This document shows positions 11,298-24,868 of a stretch of 64,000 bases of DNA, piece by piece. The notes below the pieces were generated by a model. The model ran no database searches, had not been told where the DNA came from, and saw only the letters and a list, made by a program, of their open reading frames with translations. A program made the position numbers and the translations under genes. Within the stretch, counting starts at the first letter, position 1. Every line of letters begins with the position of its first letter. Source of the DNA: Antedon mediterranea (lineage: Eukaryota; Animalia; Echinodermata). The DNA lies in assembly GCF_964355755.1 (NCBI RefSeq), contig NC_092673.1, positions 11,380,948 to 11,444,947 on the forward strand. The letters run 5' to 3'.

Positions 11298-12614
11298 CAG
11301 GGGCGCAGCCAGCAAAGTATTAAAGGGGGGGTCAACCAATATGTGAGTATTTTGCGAGCGAAGCGAGCAACCATGGGCTGGGGGCCAGGGGGCCGCCAAG
11401 GGCCCCCGGTTGGGGTCCAGGGGGCGAAGCCCCCTGGAAGCTTTGGCGGTCTAGGGCAATCTAGATCATTTGAATCGGTTTACGCACACACAAGTATGAC
11501 AATGTTAACACTAATAAACTGAAACAAAGAAAACAAAAAACAACTCTCATTTTCATTACAGAATATTTTTATATTCCAGGCTGCCACAGACAAACACTTT
11601 TTTTCTTGCTTGTTTGTTGATTTGTGTAGAGAGAGGCTGTAAACTCAGAGGAGGAATTATTTGAATTCCTCCCTTTCCAATACAAAAGTTGCATGAAATG
11701 AACGTAGAGATGCAAAAGTTTGAAAAAAGAAATTAGAATGATAGCATGGAGGGAGTGATATTATTAAATGAGAACCGTAAGGTTAGAGTTCATACACTGT
11801 GCAAGTATATGTATGTGAGACGCTTATCATACCCAGTACATCAATATTTTGTTTAAAAATATACCTATTTTGTTCGAATGTATAGTATAGGTGATAGCTT
11901 ATACATAATTGTAATAACTAACTTCTAAATTATTATCATACATTTTACGTTAGTTACTATAACGGCGCTCTTGACATCGCGTGATGCATCTTTAAACATA
12001 AGTTTGGAACATTCTTCTTGGCTTGGAGACAGAATTCGCGAATGACATTCTCTGTATTAATGTTCATGTTAAAGTGTATGTTCATGAGGCACAATCCCGA
12101 AAGCTGCTCATAAGACATGTGATTTCCCAAAAAGGTTTTCGTTCTCCATAAAGTCGAAAAACTCCGCTCAGCTTCAGCAGACGTTACGGGCATAGGCCTA
12201 CGCGATTAGAAGAAGTGCACGCACATTCGGGAACACATCTGGATCCGCTATTTTTACACAGTCGCTTCCATCACTGAAGCTCGGAATGAAGATGTTCGTG
12301 TCTTGGCAGATCATCGTACCAAATTCAAGTTCCTTGAAGACTTCTTCAACATTACACTTCACACCACTTCACTATAGACTCGGGTGCTACGCCAAATATT
12401 TTAAAGCATGGCCTGTTATCGGCAGAAAAACGGGTTTTTAACTCGGTTTGTAATCAAGAAGTTGATTTGGTAATACTGCTCGGTAGTAATCTTCCACAGT
12501 ATCTCCAGGATGATTTGATCTGTATTGTTGTCTCATGTTTTTATTTATTTTTTCTAAAAAAAAGGGGGGGGGGGGGTCAGGACCCCCGTGACCCCCCCAC
12601 TGGCTGCGCCCCTG
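11298..12614 (-). mobile_element. hAT deletion derivative with 5-bp TSD (hAT5-like)
   Basis: TIRs CAGGGGCGCAGCCAG/CTGGCTGCGCCCCTG and TSD GTTCG. Contains a hAT dimerisation-domain remnant (PVTSAEAERSFSTL..KTFL, 11957-12193). Confidence 0.85.
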
Positions 12615-12788
12615 GTTCGTCCAGTTCTGGAATACAGAGTTCCTGCATGTGTGTTTTTATCCATGCAATATGTGAAGGACCTTACAAACCAGCGTAGGGT
12701 CACCAGATTATGTTTTCCTAGGCCCACGTTACAAAATAATTATTTAACTGTTCCTTATGAAATCCGTCTTCAGTGTCTTTCAAATAGA

Positions 12789-13514
12789 TTTTTAGTCGCG
12801 TGGAAGCGACTCTATAGTTCACTATGTCGGTCGGTCGGTTGGTCTGTCTGTCTGTCGGTCCGGTATCACTATGCGTTTTATCGCTTTCTGACCTTATCTT
12901 GATATCAGTTTAATCTAGCTAAGTCAATTTTTCACAGAATATTCCTTATGGCCAGGAATCGATGTGGTTATGTTTTCACGGTGCGCAATAAAAAATTACG
13001 CGGTACGTCTACGCACGATTTAACGACAACCATGAATCACAATTAAATAAAATTTGGTACTAATAAATTTCAGGGCATAAATCATCATATGGCAATACAA
13101 TTACGTGTGTAACGCATGCGTACGCGCGCTTAAAATTTTCAAAATTTATTTTCGATGAAATAAGAGTACATTTCAGGCAATTTTAAGCGTTTACAAAATT
13201 GCCATGAGTGCGCATATTTTTGCGCGCGCACTGCGCGTTAAATATTATTGCTCATTCTTTTTGCCCGATTTCTGTTTTCTTGACTTACTTTTCAACTCGA
13301 AATTACGTTATACGAGCACGTCGAAAGTGATAGGCTACGCACGTGTAAATTAAAAAAATATAAATGTTTTTAAACATTTCAACATTTTTAAACATGTTCA
13401 GTAATTTCGGTCAGTATAGTTCACTATGTCGGTCGGTCTGTCTGTCTGTCGGTCGGTCTGTTTGTCCGGTATCACTATGCATTGTAGCACGCGACTTAAT
13501 GGCTGTTGGCCTTG
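12789..13514 (+). mobile_element. DINE-1/HINE-like non-autonomous Helentron (family B)
   Basis: TTTTTAGTCGCGTGGAAGCGAC start, GTCG/GTCT microsatellite present twice, 3' GCACGCGAC plus a GGC..GCC hairpin. The internal part recurs inverted at 62300-62830. Confidence 0.75.
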
Positions 13515-14408
13515 TTGTTTTGGGAATTACTTTTATCCCTAAGATTTTATACAAGAAAATTGAAATTTCAATAGAGGGGCACATTACTCAAAATTTGTGA
13601 CACTTTTTAAAATTCTGTAGTATTTGTCCATAGTATTTCTGCTCATTATAATATTTTTTATTCATTTCCACGGCTGTTCAATAACTTGCCTCCAAATGTT
13701 TAAGATAGTCTAGTTTTTTTCCTGTCATCATTTATATATTCACGTAAGAAAAACCTGCTTCAAATACCTGTCTCAACTCACTGAAATGTGAAATGTTATT
13801 TTAAACTGTTGTATATATTTGTGTTCTTTTTCTGTTTTAGTTTATTTCATTTTTACATTTTAGGGGATCGGCGAGTCACTTGATAGTGTTTTGTTTCACT
13901 TTTTGACAATCACGTCTGCCCACTAAAGTGCTCTGTACCTTGTGATTTTTATTATTTATAAAAAACGATATAAATGAAATGAAAAAAAAAAATGAAATGA
14001 AGAAAAATGAAATGAGAAAAAATCAAATGAAACCAACAAACAGACACATATGAAAAAATACAACCCAAGTAAGTAGTGAGAAAATTACGCTTTGCTTGGT
14101 AAAGTCTATAAATTCTACTAAATTGAAATGTGTTATAATAAAATTTTGTGTGGCGAGTCGTTTATTTGAAGAATAAAATGAACGTCTGTGAGTGTTTATT
14201 TTAATTGTTTTTGGCGTTGGGGTGTTTGTTCAAAGCTGAATATTTATTCGAATAAATACGGTAATATAAATCTAATTTTAGTTGTGGAATAATTAGCCCA
14301 CTTGCGAGAATACCAACCTTAACTCCACTGGGAAAAATATTTCTAGTATACAATCATCTTTAACAAAAAAAGTTTTTCGGCACCAGAAATAGGGTTACAA
14401 TTTAAATT

Positions 14409-14414
14409 TTTATT
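14409..14414 (-). promoter_or_regulatory. Candidate polyadenylation signal of the CIZ1-like gene
   Basis: AATAAA on the minus strand about 1.1 kb after the stop, near where unique sequence gives way to repeats. Confidence 0.3.
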
Positions 14415-15511
14415 CAATTAGAAACTATTAAAAAAAGCATTGTACTATAGCAACAAATCAACAAATAGAGTTAAAAGCCATAGGCACAAACTTAATTAAA
14501 ATGCAACAATAAAAGTTTGTAAAAATCAAAATACAGTACATAAAAATGTCTGTATTCATTGGTCATGTGGTATTTAAATCAGTAGTCTATCTTCAATAAT
14601 ATTAGCGTGATCAAGTTTGCTGTGTCAAAAATAACACCATTCAATTATAGCAATAGAAAATTAATACAATTATTATAATATTGTTTTTAAATCTTATTAG
14701 ATAGACCTAAACAATCCAATAACATTAATTTTGTTATTTTTCAAATGGATTCCAATACACATTTCTTGAGTAGCAACAACACAAAACACACACCCGTATA
14801 TCTTGTAAGACATCTACCTTCTGTGTTCCTACAGATAAAAACAAATTAGTGGCTTTAATTTCATACATCGTTTAGCAAAATGGTGTTCTGTTTGAAATAA
14901 ACTTATAATAAAGTTAAAAAATGCCAGATTACCGATTAGAATATTTTTAAGTCTGTGAAATTAGAAGTACCTTTTTCCTTCTGTATAATGCAACCTAAAA
15001 ATAATGACATTTAAATGTTGTTCCAGCAAGTACAAGACCCTAGACCATGTAAATAATAGGCATTCCAAAGCACCGTCTTTTTACATGGCATGGCTGGTGT
15101 TTCAATATTCAATTTAGGATGGTAGTGGCAGATAAATTATTAAGAATTTAGAACAGTAGGTGGTTCATCTATAATATAAAAGAAATAAACTTTGCCTATG
15201 TCAAGTTTCTGGTTACAACTATATGGGCCATTAGACTTTGCCTCAGAATTAGCAAGGCCATCAGAGCTGAAACACCTCCGTGAATAGAAGGCACCACTTC
15301 CCATGGGTTTAGACAAAGCATATTTGTATATTATTTTTCTATTTTTTCTGGTTTATAAAAAGCAAAATGCAGCTCAAAAGTTAAAAAATGTAAGCCTATC
15401 TATACCAATAATATGCAAAATAATATAGTTGCAAACAAATATTTACAAAATAAATCCAGCGAAAAACTATAAGTTGTTTAAAAAAGTTGTTTTACCATCA
15501 CTTGTTTGTGC

Positions 15512-15571
15512 TTAAACTTCTTCCTTAACTTCAACTGGGTTATTTTCTTTTTTCTTTTGATTAATATGTAT
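15512..15571 (-). CDS. CIZ1: CIZ1/Pep-like zinc finger protein, terminal exon 10 (IHINQKKKENNPVEVKEEV-stop)
   Basis: ttttag| acceptor, phase 0 and a lysine-rich tail that follows the last zinc finger. Short, so less certain. Confidence 0.6.
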   Translation of the reverse strand: MHINQKKKENNPVEVKEEV

Positions 15572-17841
15572 CTAAAAATGTTAATATATTTAGACATTAT
15601 TGAACATACTGATAATTAATCAATTAGTTTATAGTTCGCATACATTTCCTATTATTACATTTCAGACAAAACATTTCATCTGCAGTTCATCTATTCTGGT
15701 AAACGTAATGCAGTTATGTGGGTTTTGTCAAGATTGTGGTAGTTTAATTTCTATGTTATTTTATTAATAACTTGTAATGGTAGATATAATAGTGAAACAC
15801 ATAAAGGCTTGTTACAACTGCTAATATAAAACTGGGTCCTCCCATGGAGAAATAATATTTCTCCATTTTCTCCATGGTCCTCCTAACCACCAAGCCCATC
15901 TCAATTCAACATTAAATTCGCCGTCATATCTCCACGTCTATTAGTTCACATTATTGACGCATTGTCAATAATAAAGGCTGATCAATTATCTATAATTTTT
16001 TTTTATGCCAAAATTGCTCTAAAAGTATAATTTTATTGATGAAAATGCAATTAACACTCTAAATATATCCTACTGGTAGGTTATAATTGATTGAACTTGG
16101 AAGGGCTTGGTTTTAATTGATAGGACTTGGTTGGGCTTGGTATTTAGGAGGACCCGTGAAAACTCCAGCTAATACAGAGTTGTAGCCACCAGTACAGTTG
16201 GTGAGGTTTCAATCTTACCACTTTTTGGCAGGCCTGGGTTACAGTAAGTTATCAATATTATTACCACCAACATTTTATCTTCAAAAAATAATTTAAAACA
16301 AAATGATGATATTGATAACTTGAAATTGATAACTCTTATTGAATGTGCCAAGTTCAAATTTATTGTCATTTATCATTTAAATTGCTTATTGAATAGTCTA
16401 ATTGCACATGGCGCTCAGTCTTCTTAGGACTCAGACTCACGGCGTTACGGTGGCGTTATGTAAGCGGCGTACATATTTTTGTGTCTGAACCAAGTCGCGG
16501 ATTAGCGTTAGGGAGCTGTTACATCGCGCCAGTGGTGTTAACCCAAGCAGGAGAGGGTAGATTTAATAACGCTAATCCAGTGATGCATCAGTGATTTTAA
16601 CCTTAACCAATGAAAAGACACGACCACGATTAGCAGACAGAAACTACATACCTGTACTCTAGTATACGACAGTGAAATAGCTATGTCAAATGTATTTTTA
16701 GGTTTTCAATTTTAAAGAACAGTCAAGTTGGCGTCAGTGATAGAATATTTTCATAAATCAAATCAATTAATCAGATAATTTTCCATGTAATAATTATGTT
16801 TTAAATTATTTTGAATTAAAATAAATTCTACAAGTAATAAGAACAAATCAGTATATTTAAAAGTAACATTATATAAATAGAAATAACAAAAACCAATATT
16901 AAAATGTAAACTTTCATTCATTGTCAAGAATGTATACATATAGTTCTGTTTTAACCTGATCAGAGTGTTTTAAACGCAAGGCATTGGAATGTTGCGTCTG
17001 AACACCTTGGATTTTAATGCCACGGATTACCGTATGCCTTTCGTATAGGTGTGCTACAATTTGCACTCCTCAATACATTCAGAGGTGCTGTAGGTGTGCT
17101 GTTTGTATTTTGGTGTGCAGAACTTTACCAAATTTAGGCGTGTTGTAAATGGCACTCCTCAATGGCAGTTTAGGAGTGTGTTAGGTGAGTGATCGCACTC
17201 GCTTGCCTTAAAAGACAAGGCCTGCTGAACATACCCTTAATTGAAAGGATTAATCTACTAGATTTACTTTTAAAAAGTTTAAGGGAGGTGGGACATTAAT
17301 TAAATACATTTTAGTTTTTTCGCTATAGCCTTTTCACAAAAACGCTGAACAGATGGGACGTCTCCACCTTTTTAGCTATTTTTTTTATTATTCTCTGCAA
17401 TTTATTTGTTTTTAATTTTAGATAAGCTATTAAACCACATAATACAAAAAATATCATAGCCTGGTGAAAAAAAGATAGTGCATCTTTACTAATCACATTG
17501 GATTGTATGGGGTCATGTTATAGGATGGTTCAAAGTTTGCAGTCCAGCTTTTAGTCAAGTTTCACAAGTCTAGGTAACAAAGGCTACTAATTGGCCAATG
17601 ATGAGAAAGTATTTGAAGAGCAGACAAAATTTTGCGCATTAATATCACTTTCCATTTTGTTACAATAAAACTTTTTTCGCATTTTACGCTTATTATTGGA
17701 ATAAGATCAGTATCAATTTAAGTAAAGTATTTTTAATTAATAACAAACAGAAACTACAATTATGTATATAGGAACCATGATGGTATGGTAACTTTCATAT
17801 TTTTTAGGCCTCTGACCGAGTATCTCAACGAAATTCATGAA

Positions 17842-18496
17842 CCAATCCTTCAAATTGTGATAACGTTCTGAAACTTGGTACAGTTGTTCATTAGGGTATC
17901 AAAAACATAGAATGGAAGGGTTGCACCAAAAAAAAAAGCAAAAAAAAAAAGAAAAAAAAGCAGCTATTTTGGATTTCAAAATGGCCGAAACATTGCACAC
18001 TGAAACATCCATCGATCGGTGGTTTCATTGGAAAGAGAATTTGATACTGATCAATTTATTCCATTAAACCCATATAAAAATTCATAGTTACAGTTATTTA
18101 GCATTAAAACAAGTCACGTGACCAATAAAGTACTAACAAAATTGGACAGATATTGTTAAAACTGTATTTAGAACAAAAAAAAGCTATCCAACGATACCAA
18201 ACAGTATGGACGTATTTGGTCAAATTAGATGTTGACTTTTTTACCTTTATTGGTCACGTGACTTGTTTTATTGCTAAATAACTATGTAACTATGAATTTT
18301 GTATAGGGGTGTAATAATGGAATAAAACGATCAGTATTAATTTTTCTTTCCAATGACACCATGAATACCCATGTTTAGTGAGGATTGTTTTCGACTTTCC
18401 CTTGACCAAATTTTGTGCAACTCTTCCATTGTGTGTTTTTGATACACCAATGAATAACTATACCAAGTTCATCTTATCACAATCTGAAGGATTTGC
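17842..18496. mobile_element. Palindromic (foldback) MITE-like element
   Basis: Arms AATCCTTCAAATTGTGATAA/TTATCACAATCTGAAGGATT with an inner pair AACAAGTCACGTGACCAATAAAG/CTTTATTGGTCACGTGACTTGTT. Confidence 0.65.
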
Positions 18497-18669
18497 CTCA
18501 AATAAGCACCTTAACACGCCTACTACAAGGTATCCCCCCAAATTGCGAAAAGGCGTGATTTTCAAGAAAATCGTACATGCTGAAAACAATTAATATGAAG
18601 TATGAAGGATATTTTTAAATAAAAGTTAAAATTAAGAAAAATGGAAATTTTCTGGGTGAAGCTGCACTT

Positions 18670-19015
18670 TAACAGTATAAAAATGATGCTTTATAAAACT
18701 TTTGTGAGGCCTTTAATGGAATATGCTGTTCAAGTTAGGTCCCCTCATTACCTGATGGAATCTCTGCTCTGCTACTCTACTACTACTCTCGATTTGCTCT
18801 CACTTAAAGGCAGAACTCGAGGCGGTTTTTTTTCAATATCTCCCATCCAGAGTGATAAAGCTCTGGAACAAACTACCCTCACACGTTGTTTTATGCACAA
18901 CACCTTATACATTCAAGAATACCTATAACAATTACATATATTATTTGAGAGGAGTTAGTCTCAACGACTAAAAAAATACTCTAAAGCCTCCTTATATCAC
19001 AAAGGTAAGATAATC
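18670..19015 (+). pseudogene. Decayed 3' fragment of a CR1/L2-type LINE
   Basis: LYKTFVRPLMEYAVQVRSPH and a tail resembling that of the 5840-7110 LINE. Confidence 0.65.
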
Positions 19016-19463
19016 TTAAAGTTTTTGAATTTTCTCAAAAAGTACAATCCTTGGTTTGCTTTTGCACTTTAGCATAATTCCATAACAATTTTTTTTGATT
19101 TTCACTAGTGGTACAGACATTACAGTACTATCTTTTACTTCTGAAAGTCAAACACAATTTTCTTAATTTTGTTTATATTGATACCAAGATTCAGATTCAT
19201 TTCATTTATGTTTTATTTTTATTAAAAACATAAGGCAATTTCTATCATACCAATTTACTAAAATTATGAACTTCATACATCATCATATATCATCAACAAA
19301 TTTAACTATTTGAAATGATTCACTTCACAGATCAATAGTATATCAATTTACTACTTGGGGAACCAGTGTGTAATGGTGTTACAACAAAAACATTCTGAAT
19401 TCTAATACAATTGGTTCTGTTTTTGAAAGAAAAAAGTTATGTGTGCAAGCAATACTGTCTTAC

Positions 19464-19585
19464 TTTTAAAGCATTGAAATGTGGCTGGCTACTGCAGTGT
19501 GTCACCTTCGCAACAGCCTTCTTGAGATAGAATTTGTGGCACAACTTGCAAAAATAGCCAGATACTGGCACAACAAAACATTGGC
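19464..19585 (-). CDS. CIZ1: CIZ1/Pep-like exon 9, C-terminal matrin-type zinc finger
   Basis: tttcag| and |gtaag. Encodes GQCFVVPVSGYFCKLCHKFYLKKAVAKVTHCSSQPHFNALK. Confidence 0.92.
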
Positions 19586-20851
19586 CTGAAACAAATAGAA
19601 TGAAATTGTAAATACAATGAAGAAACCCTTTACTAGATTCAAGCAGTATAAGGTAAACAAACTTCTGGATCCATCTCAAAGATGTTAAGTTTTGTGTTTG
19701 TATCATGTAAAAGTAATAACTTTATATTATATTATAAAATACAGTACTGGATTATCAAAAAAGTAAAAAGCAGAAGATGGGTCACATTTCCATTGTATAA
19801 TAATGAGCAAATCCGTATCTTTCCATAACTAATAATAATACAGTATGCACAAGGATTTAAGAAAATGATAAATTAGTGAAATGAGGCCTTAGATTGACCT
19901 TACTCTGACAAATAATTTAAACATTGGTCTACAAGATAATAAGTTTAACAGTAAAAAAGATAATGATAAAGACCAAAAATAGAAAAGGTAATTATTTACA
20001 AACAAAATAAATGAAAAAAAAAATATGTATATAAATATTTGTCATAGACCATCATCTGTATATTAATGCTACTAAATTTGTTGCAAATTATTATTATCTC
20101 CTCCAATATTGTTGAATTGTACAAGCTCACTTGATGTTTCTTGAGGGAATATTTCGTATACATATATATTTTCGTATATAATATCGTGCTTACTAAGTAA
20201 GTCTTATTTCAGGCTTAGGGAGTCGAGTTGAAAGAGTTGAGAGTTACCACCCTGGTACTAGATCAGGATTGAACCCTAGACCTTGGGCAAGCTTTAGTCA
20301 TACATAAACCAAAATGTAGGGCGAGAATGAAACTACAGATTGTCCCTGGGCACTCATTAATGAATGTTAACACAATTTGTAAAGTAAACAACTGAAAAGT
20401 AAAAAATTTGTTAAATGTACAAACAATTATAAACAATTCTACAAAATGTTTCCAAGAAGAAAGAAATCTGAAGAAAAAAAATGTGATTAACCTATTTACC
20501 AGTCTTAAAATCAACTTTTTTCTTATGTATTTTGGTGTTTTTCACTTGTAATTTTAATTTTTTTGTATCTATATACACCTTTTTAAATATTTTATCAATT
20601 TTACATCACATGCAATTCAGTTTTACTACTGCCAGTTGTGATTATTTTTTTTTAATAAACTTGAAACTTAAATAAATATGCAAATTAGTATGTAGAGAAT
20701 CCCATACATTAATAATATTAACTACATTTGAGTGTTACTGAAAAAAACCCAAAATACTTAGAATTAAAGAGTAGGTTTGAAGTTGACAAAGGTAACCAAC
20801 AGTACCAATTACTAGAAATGAAATAAAGACGTTGAAGGTAAAGAAACCTAC

Positions 20852-21518
20852 CAACAGGTGTATTGGGGTCATACTCGCTTAATTCTTCATCCTCAGGTTC
20901 AGAGCAAATAGGACTTTCATTTATGGATTCTCGAGTCTGTTTAAGGCGTTTGATTTGATGGGGTTTAGGGGCTGATACTGGAGTAGTCACAGACTCCGTG
21001 GTTGAGACAGTTTCTTGTTTACACAAAGCTGTGGATGCTGGAAACATAGATTTAGGGATCTTAGAGGCAGTAGAAGAATTTATTTCTGAAGAATTATTTA
21101 ATTCTGAAGGAGCTTCTGGTTTGGTAGCTTCAGATGTTAATGGTTTAGGTTCATCAGATGGCACTGGTGCCTTAGATGGCAACGGTTCAGGTTCTACAGA
21201 TGGCTCTGGTTCAGGAGATTTCAGAGAATCCTGGCTACATTCATTGACACTATCAACACTTTCTGGATCAAGAGGCTCATCTTGGTCAACAATCTTTTCA
21301 ATTTTGGAGACAACGGTATGGGAAACTTCAGATGGAATATCAGTATCAATATCAGTTGGTGCATCATTACTGGTTTCCTCAGAAGGCTTCTCTGGGGTTT
21401 CAGTAGGACATTTGACCTCATTTTGAGAAACCTCTTCTGCTGGGCTAGGGTTTATTTTAGTGCCATTTGGCTTATCTTTGCCCAATTCTTGTTGTTTTGT
21501 TGTATCTTCAGAGGTCTC
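20852..21518 (-). CDS. CIZ1: CIZ1/Pep-like exon 8, acidic Pro/Ser/Glu-rich region
   Basis: gttcag| and g|gtagg. Ends EYDPNTPVG, the lead-in to the matrin-type finger. Confidence 0.9.
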
Positions 21519-22055
21519 CTGAACAAAGAAGAATGAATGTGTCTACATTAGAAAATAACACATACAAAACAAATTACAGAAACCCCATTAATTGTACTAA
21601 TACTGGTGCAATTAGTAAAGATATAGTAAAATAATATTTGTAGAAAACCGGATGGTGGTTCAAACAAAGTTCAGGGTTTAACAAGAATAAAGAAATTATC
21701 TATTTCAGACTTGTTCTTAACAAATTTAAAAGAATTGCCAACAATTATTCAAAAGAAAATTGGTTTGATTCTTTTTGTGAAATGTTGAATAACTTCTTTC
21801 AACATAATTTGTGTAAAATAAGGTCATGTGATGTAAGGTCATCTAAACTTGCTCCCACAATACTGACTGTATATATAGATATACCAAATAAAGTGAAAGA
21901 CAGTTGACCGCCATTCTCATCGTCTTTTTTTCTGACCATTAAGAGCAAACATTTCCACCCAATATGACCTATTGCCAAGAAATTACTGCCAAAAAAATGA
22001 TGTGAAGATCAATCATATTTGCAAAGCTGACCAATCAGAAGAAAAATAATCTTAC

Positions 22056-22157
22056 ACAGCCCTCATCAACCTCTTCTTCAAATATTCCAATGGCATCTAC
22101 GGTGACATAATCCTCAGACTTTGCTGAGCCCCTATTCTGCTTCCTTTCCGCACATTC
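22056..22157 (-). CDS. CIZ1: CIZ1/Pep-like exon 7
   Basis: attag| and |gtaag, 34 codons. EDYVTVDAIGIFEEE resembles the TVDAVG motif of CIZ1/matrin proteins. Confidence 0.85.
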
Positions 22158-22601
22158 CTAATTAGAATTGACAATATAGAAACAAAATATTGATGAACAT
22201 AAAAAAGGCCATAACTTGAAAGATCCAGATAATAGGATTAACATTTTAATATCGAAATATCTTTATAAATTATAATAGATAATAATGAACATAGGTACAT
22301 AATAAACATTGTAGCTTGACATGGCAGAATTTGTTTTGATTCTACAGGTAAAATATAAGCAGTAATAATGGATGATGGATGACATCATCAGGTTATAATT
22401 TTAAAGAAATAAACACAGGAGTAAAAGTGAATGCACACTATTATTAATATTAGGCCAAAAAAGGGAACAGCTAAACAGCTCAACTATACCTTAACTTGTC
22501 AATGATTGAAACATATTATAGTTACTGTGCTTATATCACATATAAGTAATCAATTGTGAAGAGGCAGACAAAAATCAATAGGTTGAGGTTAACGGAAATA
22601 C

Positions 22602-22712
22602 CTTCTTATGGCGTTCAGAATTGCAATGAGCTTGGCACTTTTCGTTGTCCTTGAATGTAGTATTACATATCTTACAATATCTTTGACTCTGCTGTACACG
22701 CCTCTTAGCATC
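22602..22712 (-). CDS. CIZ1: CIZ1/Pep-like exon 6, zinc finger 3
   Basis: cctgtag| and |gtattt, 37 codons. Encodes YCKICNTTFKDNEKCQAHCNSERH. Confidence 0.88.
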
Positions 22713-22844
22713 CTACAGGAAGATTGTAAAGAGTGCAACTGGTGGCTCGTGAAATATAGTATCTGTTTACAGAAATCTTACAAGTGGTTTTAAAGATCAA
22801 ATATAATATTTACACAATCCTTTAAAATGTAACAAGACTAAATC

Positions 22845-23663
22845 CAGAGCCATATATATAAAGAGTTTCGACTTTGAAGATTAGAAGCCATTTTAGTGTC
22901 AAAGAATTTGCACGCTGAAGGCGCGCGCGTTTATTTTGTATAGCATTCTCCTGTAATTCATGAATTATTTTTAGATTTTGTTGTCTATGAAATAACGCTT
23001 AGATTCCGTTTTTATTTTAGTAATTAATTTTATTGGTATTCTTGGTAACATATAGCGTATATATTTTTTTTTATAATAAAAAAATAAATAAATGCTAGGG
23101 CCTACATGCAAGTTAGGATACATCAAAGCATGAACCAATACAAAAAACACACAAATTCACCTCTCTTTTTATACCGTATATGGCTCTCTGTGTGTTTTTG
23201 ACACAAACTGCGCCACCAACGTTATTAAATTTCAGAGACTAGTTCATCATTTCATTTGTAATAATTTGCCTTGATTATTTTTATATTGTTCATACCCTTT
23301 TCAGCATATCAACAAATATATCCATGACACTTTATTATTTCATTTAGTCATCAAAGCATGCATTATGAATAGAAAATATTACATAATTGTTATTAATAAG
23401 GACGTAGTTATGAGATGTTTCGTTCCAAAATCAATCGAACTTTATAATGTACTAGCACACGCGCGCCCAATATTCTTTACCGCAAGTACTTCTGTACGCT
23501 GTGCACATAGAAATAACACCGTAAAATTTGCAATTACATTTGTTTAAATATTAGAAAAAGTTGAAAATATTTTGTTGCTCCTATACTTTACATGCATTAA
23601 TGGAGACATGTTTGACACAATTTGATCTGCATATCACGTGACTTTAATCTGTCGTAACTCTTT
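22845..23663. mobile_element. P-element-like MITE with 8-bp TSD, right TIR clipped; related copy at about 7600-8167
   Basis: CAGAGCCATATATATAAAGAGTT left end with ACTAAATC on both sides. An intact right TIR (AACTCTTTATATATGGCTCTG) is seen at 8147-8167. Confidence 0.6.
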
Positions 23664-23843
23664 ACTAAATCCAAGTTGACTCATTTTGATTTCAAGTGGA
23701 GAGAATCAAATTGACAGCTATCTTGCAAGGGTTAAAAAAATTGTTATTATATTAGTGACAATCATTAAAATAAAACTCTAAATCCGGGTATTTTAATCAT
23801 TTTGATTGATATAGAAAAGTTACATTTATCCAATAATGAATTA

Positions 23844-24868
23844 TTGGTTATCCGCACTTGGCGGATAACCCCTTGTTATTGTCAGGATCTTTTTTTTTCT
23901 ATGTTCTTCTTTCTTTCCACGATTTTTGTTCGCAGCGTATCTCTAATTCTGGCCAACATATGATTGTATAACTTTGTCAAAAGATTGCCCTGTAGCTGTA
24001 GATGTGCAAGAAACTTTTTTTTTCAAATTTCGAGTCGCGCAGCGTAAGTTACGCGCGATTTTGTGAATTTCAATGATTGATCATAGAATAAAAACTAAAA
24101 GTCGCTTTGTATTGAAACTTGGTGAAAGTTTAAGTCATATAATGCGCAAACTTCCTATGGATTAAAAATGGCATGTTTCACAAAAAGTTACGCGTGCACG
24201 CGCGTTTTAAATTTCAAAATGCGAAAAATTAATTTCTAATCAATTTTCTACGCGTTTCATTTTTTTACGCGCGCGTGCGCACGTAGCGCAAAAACATCTT
24301 TTCTTTGTTTGATTTTTGTTTTTCCAGCCTTTTCTAGTAAATTTACCAATTTTCAATCAATTTCGACTTAAAATTACGTCATACGAGCATGTCGAATTGA
24401 ACAATTTGCGCGCGTTTTTGATGAAAAAGTTCAAAAATTCGTGAAAATAAAAATATATATTCGAATATAAAATATAGGATTTTTGTCTCTTTCGCATAGC
24501 TCATCACATTTAATAGAGCGCATCTCCACTTATCCGTATTCCATTTCCCCCAATTTTGTTATATTGTCTAGGCCAATCAATTATCTTTTGCATGATCTAC
24601 CATTTTTTAAATTGTGATAACGTCATCATGTCCAAAAGCGTCAATAACTAGGGTCCCTTATTTTCACCTATTCTGCACTGTATGTAGTACGTATACAGAA
24701 TATAGTGTATACCGTATATACTTTGACATGATGCAAAATAGAGAGCGCACTAACATTTTTTCAATGGCATAATCGTTTTTCTGCGCGCAATATTGTAACG
24801 TATGAAGTGCACGTGGCGTTTGAGCTGCGGATAACCTAACTCGTCCGTAGTGACGATTTCAAATCTAG
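23844..24868 (+). mobile_element. Non-autonomous Helentron/Helitron-like element (family A), complete
   Basis: 5' TTGGTTATCCGCACTTGGCGGATAACC; 3' GCGGATAACC-taac-TCGTC..GACGA-tttcaaat-CTAG|T. Confidence 0.8.

Larger units (their letters stand above)
3089..14261. mobile_element. Pogo/Tigger-like terminal inverted repeat (TIR) pair, possibly enclosing about 11 kb of nested insertions
   Basis: TA|CCGTATTGATTCGAATAAA at 3089 and TTTATTCGAATAAATACGG|TA at 14261. These could be ends of two separate copies. Confidence 0.45.

Noticed and set aside
20998-21426. 142-aa plus-strand ORF
   Set aside because: It is the antisense shadow of the low-complexity exon 8 of the CIZ1-like gene.
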